Below, piece by piece: positions 13,001-26,596 of a DNA stretch of 64,000 bases (within the stretch, counting starts at the first letter, position 1; every line of letters begins with the position of its first letter). The position numbers were made by a program, and so were the translations under genes. Location of the stretch: contig OZ193910.1 of assembly GCA_964276515.1 (NCBI GenBank), positions 2,666,001 to 2,730,000 on the forward strand. Direction: 5' to 3'. The notes beneath the pieces were generated by a model that was not told the origin of the DNA, searched no databases, and worked only from the letters and a program-made list of their open reading frames with translations. Source of the DNA: Gordius albopunctatus. Its lineage: Eukaryota.

Positions 13001-16000
13001 TCCTAATATTTCTATTAATAATGATATATATTTAATGTTTAACTAGTTGTATATCTTTTTTATAAACACATTAATTAACCAAAATCACCATAATCTACAT
13101 AATCTTTTCTCATTGGTGCCCATTTAAAAATGGCGAGAAACCGGGGCACTTATTTAGCGTTAATGAGCAGTCTATCTAGTCTATGGATTAAAGCCGAAAT
13201 CTAAAATTTTCTGTAACTTTTTTAATTTAGATATTATGGACTGCTTGAAAGAAGGTCTGTCCGCTGGGATGATGAAAAAGATTGAGTCGATTATCAGCTT
13301 TATTGAACAAGGCCTATTTTCTGACGAATTGGATTGTTTAATAGTGTCGCCCACATCCCATTTGGAAGAAGAAAATGAAGAAAATAGCAAGTAAATTTCA
13401 AAAATTTTCTTCATGATTCGAATAATAAAGTTTATTAATGACGAGAATAATTCTTTAATTTATTTTTTTGCTTATATGTGCTCTGATTTTTCGCTAAAAA
13501 TAAGACATTAGAGATTTTATGACAGGAAATTTTATTATTCGCAGTTTTTATTGATAATGCAAAGTTTTTTTGCTGATTGCTCAGTTTTTTCCATTTCGTA
13601 TTAAAAAATTTTTATTAATGTTTGCCAAATTCCATATTAAAATTTTCAGGGATAGTTTTGCCTAACCCAAACTTTCATAATGCGGTAAACATGGTTAAGC
13701 TCGAGAAAATTGAACGTTCTTACATAAAAATTACTTTATTTATTGAAAATAAACAAAAATTTGAAATACATGTCTAGTCCGGTCTTATACGAAATCTACT
13801 ATCTCCTAGCCGATTATTACTTCAAAAATCTGCACACGGAGCAAGCCCTGAAATATTACATCTTAGATTTAGGCCACAATCCAGACAGATTCGATTCTTG
13901 GGCCGGTGTAGCGCTAGTTAAGAGCAGCGACTTTGAACAGCAATTGAGAAGCGTAAATTTTAAAATAATAGCTCATTTAACACTTATTAATGTAAAATAT
14001 CTTCAAATTTTGAATTACATTCGGAGCTTTATTCGGAAAACATTATGGTTGCTTTATTGAGTTATTAAGATTATCGTAAAATTTGTACGGTTTAATTGCA
14101 TTTTTGGTAGAATGCCAACTAGTTAACCCGAAGTGGTTACTTTACATTCTCTTGAAATGAGTTTTTTGTATTAGAATTTGAACTTCTGCAATTTTTTTCC
14201 ACTTAATTTAGAGTCATGATATCAAATGAGCTTTAGTATTGTATGATAAATATATAAGGTAAAAGTCAAATTTAATAACAATTCTTGCATCACCCAACAT
14301 TTCATGTTTCATATTATAACAATTTCCCAGAATATTTAAAATCATTAAACGAGGGAAAAATTGGGATATATAAAAAATTTCTGAAATATAGAGAATTTTT
14401 TGAATTATAATTTTCACATAGATTGAAGTGGATTTTGATGGTTTTCCATCTAGCATTAATTACGAAGCGATGCTGGCCTGCTTTCGCAAAGCTCTCTCCT
14501 TTAAACCCTCCTCCACCTCTCTATGGGTCGAAAATGGGGCTTTAGCTTACATGCTACATTCTACGGCTTCTAGAAAACTCAAAAACGTAATTCATTATCT
14601 AAAAAATAATCATACAAATGCAGATAAGTTTTTTTAGATTAAAAATAGACTGTATTAAGGTTATATTAGTCACTATCATTTGTAGAGTTGTTATATTGCT
14701 AACTTTCTTCAACTCCAGCTACCATCTGCTCGAGTTTCTGCTCGGCCCTCGAGCATTTTTATATGCTACTGCTCCGCCTAGTGCACCAAACAGCGAGCAC
14801 ATATTGTGCTAACGCGCATATTAAGCAACTCAGTGTGCGTGCTCGCGTCTGGAGTTTGAAGAAAGTTAGCAATTTAACAACTCTAATCATTTGTATAGGA
14901 TTTAACAATTACCATTGGAATATTTTGCTTTATCTATGGCAACTTGGATATTTTTACGTTTGTTTTCACGCATTTATACAGTCGGAGCTATTTAAATTAA
15001 ACGCGGAAGAGAGGGAGGAATTGATGGAGTTCAAGACACGCATGCTGAAAATCGCTCAAAATTGCTATGTAACAGCCTCACAAACAACTGGTAAATTTCA
15101 CATTCATATACCCTCTGCCAACATTTATATAATTTCAATATGGCCACCATATTAAAGTGCGTTTTATGTGTTATTCGATATTTATAAACTTTTTAGAAAG
15201 TAATCAAGAGTATTGGCTCTACTGCTATATGCTGGGTAAAATCGCGGAAAAACTGGATGCCCAAAGCCCCGAAAAATACTTGGATTATTACAAGAAGGCG
15301 TCGGAGTGCTTGAACGCTCAAAATGCTCATTACAGCAAAAGAATTAACTTTCATTCGCCCCATCATTTTAGCATTGAAGCCTTGGAGGTAGCATATAATG
15401 ATGAGATTAAATATAATACAGTGCATAGGCGTAGCCAAGCCGGGGGGGGCAGCTACCCCTCTCAAAATCCAAATTTTGTTGAAATTTATTAAAAATATGG
15501 CTAAAGTTTATTCCAATGCTGGCTACGTCAATGATAGACTATCTCACAGAAATGTGTTTAAAAACTTGTGGCCTCCCAGAGATATTTTTTTCATTTAATT
15601 TTTAATGTTACCATTGCCTTGTTTGTTGTTTTACCATCGTTTTAAATTAATCATTGCGTAATATAAAGGATTCCAAGGCAGTCAACAGGACAATTTTTGT
15701 TATAAGGCATTACCCTATTTTGCTTATTATCATAACATAAAAATTTACTATTGCTTAAAAATACATTTAACAACCGGGATTTATTAGTGTCGTTTATGGG
15801 GTTCCTTAGGGCCTCAAATTATTTAAAACAGCCTGCGAGTAGAGAGCAGACTCTTGTCTTTTTGTCACTATAAATTAACTTGTTTTTTGTGGACTAAATC
15901 TCAATTTTTTACAGCAACTCTAATTACTGGTCCTGGTTCGTTAGGTATTTTACAGGGCCCACGCCTCGGTCCTGAAATATTTGCAAGGCCCGAACGGGTC

Positions 16001-19000
16001 GAGCTTTAGTGAAAAATCTCTGAAGGTTATAACGGACTTTTTGGACTATTTTTGGTCATCTCCCTTCGTGGCCACCGTACTGCCCGTGCCCAATCAAGGC
16101 AAGGATGCGAGGTGCGCTTCTAGCTACCCCACCCCCAAGCAACCCATTAACGATAGCTTCGGGTAATTAATACCTGTTTTTTGAGCTCATTCTCGTTTTC
16201 GATGCGAGCCTATCGTGGTTGCTAGAGTTGTTAAGTTGCTAACTTTCTTCAACTCCAGCTACCATCTGCTCGAGTTTCTGTTCGGTCCTCGAGCATTTTT
16301 ATATGCTAATGTTCTACCTAGTGCACCGAACAGAGAGCGCATATTGTGCTAACGCGCATATTAAGCAACTCAGTGTGCGTGCTCGCGTCTGGAGTTTGAA
16401 GAAAGTTAGCAATTTAACAACTCTAGTGGTTGCTAACAAATTTCGATGCAATACATGATGAGATTGAACTGAGTTAAAAACTGGATCTTGTCGATTTTGT
16501 TTTGTCCATAGCGATGGACACTTACCAAGGTAGGAGGGTTTAGCCCGAGCAGACACAAAAATGAAGTTTATTTTGGGATTGTATGTTGTAAACCTTGTGG
16601 CATATTTTGACCTCATCTTCGAACTTTCTCAATGCGATTTCAATTACGAATGAAAGCATTTCACTTATAAAATGTTTTGAAAAACGCGTTTTGACTCTAC
16701 CAGCCAAATGGTAATTTAATATTATTGACCCACCCGACTCTAGCTTTGCTTTATTCGTCCGCCATTTTTTGAGTGTTTAACACTTATAAACACAATAATA
16801 ACAAGCATGAGCCTAGCCAGGGGGAGTCAGGGAAGCGCTGCTGCCCCTCTCTAAATCCAAAAGACTCCATAAATATTATGGTTAAAATTTTTAAAAAGAT
16901 TATCATTTTATCCCTCCCTAGATCATTATTGCCCCCTCTAATTCCAGTGCTACCTACGCTGATGATAATGAAGTACCGTTATAATACAAACAGGTCAAAT
17001 GTTTTTCCAACTTTAAAGTTTTACGATAGTAAAATTGTCGCTAGATTTGAAATGGTAATGGCTTTCACACCGGGCTGACGAGCTTAACAAAGATAAGTTT
17101 TAGTTCTTCGGGTACACCTAAATGCAATCGTTTATTTTTTACCTTCATCATTTTGTATATTAAATAAATTTAGTTTTTTTTTACTTTTAGGTCTCGAACG
17201 AATAAAAACTCTATTCAAAATGAAAATCTTGCAACTCCTCTCGAAGTAACCTTGAGTTATAATGCCCGCACATAGTATTTATTTTTTATGCCAAGGTTCA
17301 ATCGTCGCACCAAACGGACGTAGCAGGCTTGGCGAGTACTACTCATTTACCTGATAAATTATACTAAATCCATGCGATTCTTAAAAGAAAAGTTAGCCCT
17401 GTATCCATTTAAAAATGGTTTCACCTAGTGTTGTCTAAAAGGGGCTACAAAACCCAGACAATACTAGTTTAACCTATGGAGAAATAGTATGATTGAACAA
17501 GAGGCGGAGGGGGCAATAGAGATAATGTTTTGAAATTAAACTATTATTTTATTGCATCTGAAAGAATTTTTAGTTTTAATATAGAGACAGTTGACCCTCT
17601 GCCTGCCTCCCCTTGGCCACCCCCGTGGTTTCACAATCAATAGCGAGTGCGACTTTCTTATATCAGCCCCTTTGAAAAGTTAGATGTTCTTTCCTATTAG
17701 CTAAAAGGAAAATCAAAAATTATATTCAATTCCTAAACTTGGAAGATTGTTTCGTAGATGCGGCTGTGGGATTAGAATTCGGACATATTGCATTTTAATA
17801 TGTTTAACGGAGCAAATGATATAAATTATTAAATCTACTACATTAAACCCCTGCTCTAACACATATATACAACAATAATTTAAAATCATTTCACCAACAA
17901 GAGTTTAATGAAGTAGATTTAATAATAATTAAAGAAGGTTACTGTCAATGAATGTTGTCATATGCTATGCAATTTATACGCCGACCTTCGCTAAGAAAAT
18001 TGTCTGCCCTTTCATGCATGGGTGTAGCCGGAATCGGATTTAGAGGGGGCGGCAATAATGATTAAGACATGGGCAAACGAATATTTTTTTGAAATTTTAG
18101 AATTTAAAGTTGGATTTAGAGGAACCCTGGCACCCCTTGGCTACAAACATGCTGTCACGTCATTTCATATATGATTGTCAAACTTTTTTGTAATTATTTT
18201 CATTGAAGAATTAGGAGAAGGAGCCCCCGAACCAGAGTCTGCAGGTGGAATGCTTGATGATATTACCGTAACTTGCTTAAAAGGGTTAACCCTGTGCGTC
18301 AATCGGTTTCATCAACACTACCGTTCCTTATATCGCCTCATCCGCTATTATTACACCCGAGGGTTGTCGGAAAAAGTATGATGACTATTGAATATGTGTA
18401 GCTTAAGTAGCCTCAATTCGAGCCATTTAGTAAAAGCTAAGTGAGGCTCTTTCCGACAATATGCCTTTTGTTCATTTGATGTTTAAGAACATTTTTCCCC
18501 AAATTTGTTTTACAAATTTGAAAACTAAGTTTGCGATTCGTCCGTTAAATATTTGAATATAAGATGTGAAGGGGGGAATTATAGCCATTTCCCTTATTCA
18601 TTTATTGCTTTGGGTGTGTTTCACTTAAAAAAAGCGTTGTAACGGGGACCGGGGAATAGTTTATACACCATCATGGGCGTAACCAAGGGGGAGGGGCAGA
18701 GAGGGGTGGCTGCCCTCTTCTAGATTCAATAATAATTTGTTCACATTTATAATAATTATAGCTAAAATTTCAACAACAAAAAATGATCGTTTTGACCTTC
18801 CCTAAATGATTAATGCCCCTTCTAATTCCAATGCTGGCTAAGCCCTCATACACCGTCATTATGATTTATGACCACTTAGAACCCGTGTTCCACTACTTAA
18901 TTCAGAATGGTTAGGTTAAAATCACGAAGTTTCGAGAAGACTTGGACTGCACGGACGTAGTCAGGATTGGAATTAGAGGGGAGCAATTATGGATTCAGGA

Positions 19001-21150
19001 GCGCCAAAATGACCATTTCTTGAAATTTTAGCCATAACTTTAATAAATTTCAACAAGAATTTGGATTTGCTACGCTCATGGATCTTTGACTTTCGCTCTT
19101 ATATTTAATAGGAGTTCTTGGAATACGCGCGTTCTTTACTAATGGATTGCGCGCCTAACCCATGGGGCCTAGATAGGCCCGGGTATTTTGGTGAGCGAAA
19201 GACGGCTAACCTTTTCAATAATGTGTGGCGCATCCCCGTAGAAGAAGTAGACCGGCCAGGCTCCTTCCCAGCCCATGTCTACAGATCTACCAGGCTTTTG
19301 TTGAAGGTTTTAGCTTCGCTTCGAGATAGCCTAGCCTTGTTTGGGGTGGCTAGCCAGCTCAGAAAAACACCCGATCTCGACAAGTAAGGACTCAATCATT
19401 ACACGATAAGGGGGAAGCGTCTTCAAAATGGAATTAAAGATTTTTAATTAAGTCTTATTTTTATAGTCGTAAATTAATAAATCGTAGACAGGTGAACACT
19501 TGCCTAAAAAACTGGAAGTTTTCGGGGAAAAACTAAAAAACAGATTATTATTGAGCGCTAAATTCGCTATCGGGGTATTAGTCTGGTTGCGGGATGGGAT
19601 CACAAAGTCAATATTTGTAGACCTGTGTAATTAAATAGTAAGGTTAAGGGCGTTATCTAATTAGGTTGAATTTCGGTATTTGTTTTCATGCTACCACGTA
19701 ATGATCAATATTTGTACCAAATAAAAAATCTAAACTATACTTTGATTCGTTAAATTTTTTTTAAAAAAGCATCTATTTTTAACACGCTACCGCTCGCCCC
19801 TTTCTTCCCTAAATTTGCATTTAAGGTAATAATTTTGTATGAGAGGCGTTTCGAAATTTTGCTTGAGACCTGCAAAGTCGATTTTTTTCAACCCGACCCG
19901 GTCCAAGGGTCATCCGTGCGGTATATAACCCTTTCTTTCCCCCACCCTCCCACTCTATTCTAAAATTCTTTATTTTTTGTGAAATTAGTTGAGCGTTAGT
20001 ATATTGTCCTTGATTTATCATTTTCACCGCCTTTCGCATTTGTAATTGTGCTATGGTGTTTGATTGTCTACTTTTCACCATTTTAAGTGTTTACTGCTTT
20101 GGATTACAATTTTAAAATGTTTTTTAATCACTACTTTAGGAAATACATATACGATTCAGAAAGGATCCAGTTGTACGAAAATGCGTTGAAATACGCGGAA
20201 AACATATTGAAAGAAGACATTACGAAAGCTTTTTCATCCACAAATCTAGCTCACCTCAAGCCTCAAGAATCAAGTTTATAAAACTTCATTTATAACGTTA
20301 GAACTCATTTATAAATTTGTATGCGTAGATGCTAGAAAAAATTACATCGCGGAGCGCTATTCTTCGTGGCGGGAACAGAAGTATTTGTTGGAAAAGCAGG
20401 AAATAATACACAATTTAGCTTACCCAGGCATTGCCTTACCTTTCCTAACACCGGAGCCCGATCCATTGGAGCCTATATTTGCTTCCATCCAGAAATTAAA
20501 GGTATGTCTTCGCCGTCCCAACCATTTTTAGAATTTTTACACAATGTTTTGTGCGTCAGTTTTATTAAAATTATCCCTAACTTTATATCGATGGCTTATG
20601 AGTAGAGACCACATGCTTGCTCGTGTCGTATGCTTAAAACGGTAAAATATACACCCTATTTATCCGCCATTTTGAAATATGCACTTGGATGGGTTAATAC
20701 ATGAAGTAAATGAGTTGTATGAACTATGCAAAAGATAATTTTAAAGGTGTAGAAGATCTTTCATCAAATTGTCTGACGGGGAAAGCAATATCATTAATTT
20801 TATTTCGTAAGAAACAGATGGCGGTAAAATCATGGAAACAGCTCTATCACCGATTTTTAACTTTTTTGAGGTTGTGTAAATGCTAAATTTTGATATTAGC
20901 CTATTTGGTATCTTATTTATAATTAATTCACAAAATTTAGTATATATATTAAATTGATTGCAATTGTGCATATTTCAATATGGCTAAAAACGGTCCGCGT
21001 TGATAAGCAGTGTGGTCTAGGTGTTGTTATCAAATTTTTCAAATTATAAATTTGTTTTAATTTTATAACAGGAACACAACGTTGATGTATTTTCCTTAGA
21101 TGTTTTTTGACATAGAACGCGAGATCCCATACGTGAGTTCTCAATATTTG
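1095..21150 (+). CDS. CABIN1: Calcineurin-binding protein cabin-1 (HIRA complex subunit), multi-exon; first and last exon boundaries uncertain
   Basis: Exon peptides match CABIN1 motifs in the expected order: N-terminal TPR (KARCVFQTAL..CLEKMM, ~1170-1370), VEQGFYCTYEF..KYLKDH (~11700-11790), YYLLADYYFKN..DRFDSWAG (~13790-13950), CFRKAL..SLWVENGALAYMLHSTASR (~14470-14585), WLYCYMLGKIAEK (~15200-15387), VFYRAHASVLK (~15945), RFHQHYRSLYRL (~18300), FNNVWRIPVEEVDRPGSF (~19210). Exons are bounded by AG/GT sites. Confidence 0.9.
2246..2411. mobile_element. hAT-like MITE with TCCGA/TCGGA internal repeats, nested inside a GC-rich MITE copy
   Basis: TIRs TAGAGGTGTG(T/C)ACGGATCA; perfect 8-bp TSD ATTGGGAT at 2238-2245 and 2412-2419. 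Confidence 0.85.
2990..3330 (-). mobile_element. 5'-truncated RTE-clade LINE fragment (degenerate)
   Basis: ORF 3129-3323 (ISGYTKLDHMTNDSVRAKMGIQPVADLMKENRLKLHGHI) resembles the RTE post-RT motif G.TRLD.IRN..IR...G...I...RL.W.GH. Confidence 0.65.
5430..5588. mobile_element. MITE family with TAGTGTTG(T/C)AAAAA termini; related copies or fragments at ~4520-4596, ~30880-31037, 41821-41991
   Basis: Inverted termini TAGTGTTGTAAAAAGGGG / CATTTTTGCAACACTA; dispersed similar copies share ACCAAAGGT and AGACCAGAGTC motifs; TSDs not clean. Confidence 0.6.
5818..6733 (+). mobile_element. Non-autonomous Helitron in a CABIN1 intron
   Basis: 5' A|TCTTATATATAAAAATG; 3' hairpin GGCAAA-ACAACG-TTTGCC (6704-6721) followed by CTAG|T (6730-6734); inserted between A and T with no TSD. 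Confidence 0.8.
8350..8580 (+). repeat. Dispersed B-box-containing (SINE-like) repeat; also reverse at ~9900-10080 and tandem at ~51455-52500
   Basis: Shared GTCCGTCCGTTG...CTACTGATGTGGGTTCGAATCCCGG..AGGGCA + T-run...GACCATTGGCCAAAGTG...CCCCCCTACAAAGGC. No full tRNA cloverleaf seen. Confidence 0.6.
12804..13185. mobile_element. MITE with CATAGA..ATAGACTGCTCAT TIRs (hAT- or P-type, 8-bp TSD)
   Basis: ~22-bp TIRs; flanks GATCAAAG / GATTAAAG (7/8 match); related copy at 26907-27300. Confidence 0.75.
14683..14885. mobile_element. 203-bp hAT-like MITE, copy 1
   Basis: ~36-bp TIR TAGAGTTGTTA(A/T)ATTGCTAACTTTCTTCAA(A)CTCCAG; perfect 8-bp TSD ATCATTTG. Confidence 0.9.
16223..16425. mobile_element. 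203-bp hAT-like MITE, copy 2
   Basis: Near-identical to 14683-14885; perfect 8-bp TSD GTGGTTGC. Confidence 0.9.
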
Positions 21151-23522
21151 TATTAATTGCTATGCAATTTTTAATTGACTTTACATGATAAATCTTGGTG
21201 TAAATTTTTATGTTGACTTTATTATACCTTTATTGTACTACGTGCATCGTTTTTAGTCAATCCTAGAAATAAAATAATTCATTTAATTAGTCTATTTGAA
21301 ATTTGAACTGTTTGAATGGCATTAAGTTGTCTGTTGAGCTAGGAACTGGGCCTTCGCTTAGAGCCCTGCAAAATGAAGTTGCCCGAAGGCGGTTCGAGCC
21401 CGAAAGACTTTTTATTTTTGGCCCAACCCGATTTTAAATAAAATTTATGAAAATTTTTATTTGTCAAATATTTTCACCATCTAAATGTAAAATGCATTAG
21501 ATTGTTGTTATTATTCGTAATTTACAACTTGGAGGAGTTTCGAAACAAAATTTATTTTCACCCGTTAAAATTTATTGAGCTAATCATTTAAAGCTAAAAA
21601 TTTAACTTTATGAAATATATTTTTAACAGTTCCTACATATCACTTTTTGAAATATTTACTTATCTTTTTTCAAAAGTTGTAACTATTATAAATCTATATG
21701 AATACTAGAATAAAATTTGCAATTCAGGTCTGTTATATTATGATAGACAAGGAGAAAAAGCTGAAGTTTGAGAGCTATGTAATGTACGCTGTGCGAAGAT
21801 ATGGTGTTTATTTAAATGCTATTTTCTAAAATATTAATTTGCTTTAGTTGAATTCGGGCCGGGATCAAGCCCGACTCCCCGAGGCCAGATTAATTAATAA
21901 AATTCTGCCCGGCCCGATCCGTGCGCTGCATGTATACAAATGGTCCTCTATAAGTTATTGTTCTTAAGGGTGCCAATTCAGTAAATAAATTATAGTCTAT
22001 AGTTGCTAATTTTAAATCATTTTTTAAATTTATCCCTGGCATAAAAAACATCTATTCTAAAGTCACAATAAGAAATCCAACCTTGACAAGATTTAAGAAA
22101 ATGTAAATCGAATTTTCCTAAACTTTTTAAGTCGTACATTGTAAGCGATGGTTACGCATGTTTTTCAGCATCGCCAAAAATGCCCTCCGCCCCCTTAACA
22201 AATATTTATTTAAAAAAATATAATTTTTATAGCAACATGTGAAATTGTTTGTATGGAAAAATATTCTTGACAATTATTTTCACAAAATTCAGGAATTTGT
22301 ATTCTTTTTAAAGGGTGGTGGTGGACGAGACTGATGAATAGAGACGCAAGTTTTAATTTGTCAGCCTCGATATTCACATTAGTAGGATTTAGCTTTGAAT
22401 CTCCTTCCATTACAATGTATATATTTTATTAAACTCTAACTGCTTTAAAATTCTTTTCATTTGGCTATGAAGAAGATTAGTCTAAACGGGGTTGACAAAC
22501 TTACGTATACGTACGTCATGGAAAGAGGCGATAAGCTTATTTCGGATTTACCTATTTATTTTGGTTTTATCGATTCTCCTCGATTAAGATAACTGCATCG
22601 GTGATCAAAATGCGTTTATTACTATATCACGTGCTTTATGGTAGAAATGTTCTAAACCTTTCACTTATGTTTTTATGCAAAGCATCCAGATGACGCTAAT
22701 TTATATTATATTATTGCAATAAGTTTTGAAAAGTTACGATAATTGAATTGTCTTTAATAAAAATTTTATAAAACTTCTTGTTTAAATTATAATTTTCCCG
22801 TTATCTGTTTGTCAGTCTTGAAGGTCAGCTCCTTATTGTCCTACTTAGAATTTACACTAGCTCGCTTTAGTCTATTCCTTCTCAAGTTCATACCACTTTT
22901 ATGTTTCGATGTCAGCTTTTGTCTTCGCTTGTTTGTAACTTGCACCTTCTTGATACGATTACCACGTGACTTTCCATCCGTCTGTCCAGGATATCATTTC
23001 AATATTGACAACCAACTTTCCTTTTATCGGAACGACATCTAATTTATCAGTATCTTTTATTTTCTTATAGGGTCCTTCTAACTTTTCCCCAAGTTCATCC
23101 TAACATTCTCATCATTATTGCAGGTAAACTTTACTCTTTTTTGCCTAAATTGTTCATTCCTTTTATCCATATATCTCATCTCCCTTATTCAGCTTTATCC
23201 CAAACCTCGATTTTTATTACTATCATCTCATTGTGCTCAGGGACGTTTGGGAAGAGCGCATCAATTTTTTTAAAGAACTCAATAAACGCTCGCCCCCTTG
23301 TAAAATATCGAATAGTTTTTTACTACGACAATCAATTGCCATCGCGATCGCTAAATCTAATTTTTATTCTTTGATGGATTCAATGCCCATTCTCAAAGAT
23401 GAAGAAACGGATAATGAGTTTTAATCATTTTTTTATATAAATGTTTTCGTTCTTGTATCTTTATATTAATTCCACTCAATATTTAATACTTTTTATTTAA
23501 TAAAGCATGTCTATTCAAAAAA

Positions 23523-23849
23523 AAATTAACGAACGTGATGATTGCGCTCGGGAATGGAACGTTTAAGAAATGCGTTTTTACGTTTTGTTATTTATCACTC
23601 TTATTCATTAAAAAAATAGTTATTATATATTTTTTATCATACCTTTATATTACTACAAAATGTTGATTAAATGTACAAATAATTTGATAACATATGGATT
23701 AGAGCAAACAAAAATGGCGAATTTAAAAAATGAAGTACAAGTGTGTTATTATTTGTAAACAATAACACACAAATTAACGAACGCGATGATTGCGCTCGGG
23801 AATGGAACGTTTAAGAAATGCGTTTTTACGTTTTGTTATTTATCACTCT
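23523..23849. repeat. ~79-bp direct repeat pair (23523-23601 and 23771-23849) just upstream of ARMT1
   Basis: AAATTAACGAACG(T/C)GATGATTGCGCTCGGGAATGGAACGTTTAAGAAATGCGTTTTTACGTTTTGTTATTTATCACTCT occurs twice, with one mismatch seen. Confidence 0.85.
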
Positions 23850-23915
23850 GAATCGAGATTACATAGCCTAGGCTAAAGAATTGTAATTTACATTTAGCCA
23901 ATTCAAAAATTGATT

Positions 23916-25676
23916 ATGTCATCACCCTTGGAGGCGCTTCCACTTTCACCTCTAGATAAAAAGTAATGTTATTAAAGTTTTGCTTCAATTCATTTTATAT
24001 CTATATAAATAATGTTTTAGATCTTTTTTTCATCGAACTTTTTAAAAACAATTCTTACTTTTTGTTATAAATTCACTTAACTTATTGATTTATATTTTCT
24101 ATATTTACAAAATATTTTTTCAAAGTTCATTTGCATATGTTACTGTCAAAGACCGCCTACCAGTAATCTTAGGCAAAATTATTGATGCTGCTCATAGAGG
24201 CTGGGAACCAATATCAAAAATACATGGAGAGGTATGTGAATAAATTTTTGTTGTTGTTGTTTAAACTTGGTATACATTATAGTAAGTTATATTATCTACA
24301 AAGGTTGCTAAAGAAGATGTCAATGATGTAACGGCAGCCTTATCAAAATTGCATTATCAGCTTCAAACAAATAAACCATTTGAACCCATTGAAGATGATT
24401 ATTGTGATAAAGACATTTGGAATGAAGAACTTAAGAAAATTTCTGCTAGTTTAAATCATCCTGTAAAGTGGTTTGAATCTACATGGCTATTTAGTGAAAC
24501 ATATTTATATAGAAAGGCTAATGAAGCATTTTTTAAGAGGTATGCATTATAATACTTACTAACTTTACAGATTATAAATTTAGCAAATATATGAAAGATT
24601 TTGATCCTTTCTTTGATATTAAAGTAGATTCTTATAAAACTTCAATTGATGCTATCAAAATACTCTGTGAATATATATATAAATTTGATAATGAAAAATT
24701 TAATAATGAAGAAAGTGTAGAGGAAATCTTTCTGAATGTATTAAAGGTAATTTATTTACATAATAATGAATTATTTTCACCATATCTTTGTTAGATGGCA
24801 TTATGGGGTAATAAATGTGATTTATCCCTCACAAACATGAATGTGAGTGAAAAGGTGGGAGATCCATTGGAAACTCTTGAAGCATATGATGATTTCATTC
24901 TAAGAAATGACTTACAAGCAGTATGGAATTATTTGCAAGAAGTGAATGATAAAAAACGTACAGATACATGCCAAAGCAGCAATGATGCTCCAAACAAATC
25001 TCTAACCAATCCATTCAAGGGTAAAGAAGATCATCCAAGGCCAGAGGATAAGATTAGGAGGCTAGATTTAATTTTGGACAACGCTGGCTTCGAGTTATTC
25101 ACAGACTTCGTTTTGGCTAACTTCTTTCTTCGCGCCAACATAGTTGATCGGGTCATACTGCACGGTAAAATTATGCCCTGGTTCGTATCTGACGCCACCG
25201 AACCTGACATATTCAAGCTGTTAGATGATGTGGAAAAGCTTGATAACAAGTATTGTTCCCATTTCGTAAAGGCTTTGCGCCGCATCCTTGAAGGCTATCA
25301 TCCCCGATTCGAAAGTGCGAAATGGAAGGTACCGCCACTAGTTTATCAAACTCACATGTTTTGGACCCTCTCCCTAGACTACGATAAAATGGAAGAGGTA
25401 GCACCAGATTTATATCAAAGCCTTAGTAAAGCGGACATACTCATATTTAAGGGTGACCTCAATTTTCGCAAACTAACGGGCGATCGAGCATGGCCGCACA
25501 CTACCTCGTTTCGTGAGGCGCTGCGAAGGTTCAAACCCGCCCCTCTACTCAGCCTCAGGACAGTTAAATGCGAAACGGTGGTTGGGTTGTCCCCTGAAAT
25601 TGATGAAATTAGCAAATCCTTCCCTCAAAATTGGATGCTAACCGGGGATTACGCAACCATAGAATTCGATTGTTAA
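23916..25676 (+). CDS. ARMT1: Damage-control phosphatase ARMT1/DCPH1 (DUF89), 5 exons: 23916-23962, 24126-24231, 24304-24539, 24584-24746, 24795-25676
   Basis: Motifs SFAYVTVKDRLPVILGKIID, WLFSETYLYRK, DPFFDIK, LWGNKCDLSL, ILDNAGFELFTD, PWFVSD, FKGDLNFRKL, LRTVKCE; canonical splice sites keep the frame. Confidence 0.95.
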
Positions 25677-26524
25677 AGCCTTAAAGCTAACGCCGCTAAA
25701 TGTCAAAAAGTTTCCACACGACCCTATTGTCATACATATGGGGTTTTGTGTTGGTTTTTTTGAGCATTTCTTCTCTAGTCAATTTTTGAAATAGCATAAC
25801 CTTATTATATAGATTAGCCTTATTGGGTTTAGTCTGACAAAGCCTCTTGCGTAATTTGTTATATGATTGTGCGGATTTTGTTGTATCGTTTTCATTTAAT
25901 ACTCAAAAGTCACTCATAATATTACCAAATGCAATATTCATTTAAAATTATGTTAAACATAGACTTGTGTTAGCCTAATGAGCAATATTTTGGAATAATT
26001 ATATGAATGTGATATTTTTGTTCAAAATCAAAGATTATAAATATTATATATAAAATATTTAATAACATAAATTGTTTAGCAATCAATGATAATCTAAATA
26101 AAATGTACCGCGCTAGCTATCACTACCTAGAAAGTATGGCTCGCTCCCTAACAGTTTTTATTTATAAATATGCTTTAATAAATTTGAAATATTTTTCGAA
26201 GTTCAAATAAATAGATATATAGAATTCGGTTAATTTAGATGTTAAAATGTTCGCTAGCTTGGATTTGCTTCGAACCTCCAACATTGCGTTTAGGTACTCT
26301 TTAAATTTCGCCATTTAAAAGATTATATTGACATTAAAGAAAATTAGCAGCTATTTAGGTGACATATTATATATCAATCATTCGGTTAAAAATATTATCT
26401 TTTACACATAATTTTATATGTTTATTTATATGATATTTTAATTAATTTAACACTAAAAGCATTATTTTACCCTAGGCCTTTAAAATATTCTGTTCGTCAT
26501 TGCTTCTTCATATTCAACAAAAAT

Positions 26525-26596
26525 GGGCCCGTCCGGGGATTGAACCCGGGACCTCTCGCACCCAAAGCGAGAATCATACCGCTAGACCAACGAGCC
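26525..26596 (-). tRNA. tRNA-Pro (anticodon TGG)
   Basis: GGCTCGTTGGTCTAGCGGTATGATTCTCGCTTTGGGTGCGAGAGGTCCCGGGTTCAATCCCCGGACGGGCCC folds as a cloverleaf with A and B boxes; T5 terminator just downstream. Confidence 0.95.

Noticed and set aside
22800..23420. Short ORFs and a GPY-like peptide on the minus strand
   Set aside because: Interrupted frames; insufficient evidence for a gene or a specific retroelement.
25031..25615. Antisense ORFs within the ARMT1 last exon (similarly inside Gypsy pol and CABIN1 exons)
   Set aside because: Shadow ORFs of real coding sequence on the opposite strand.
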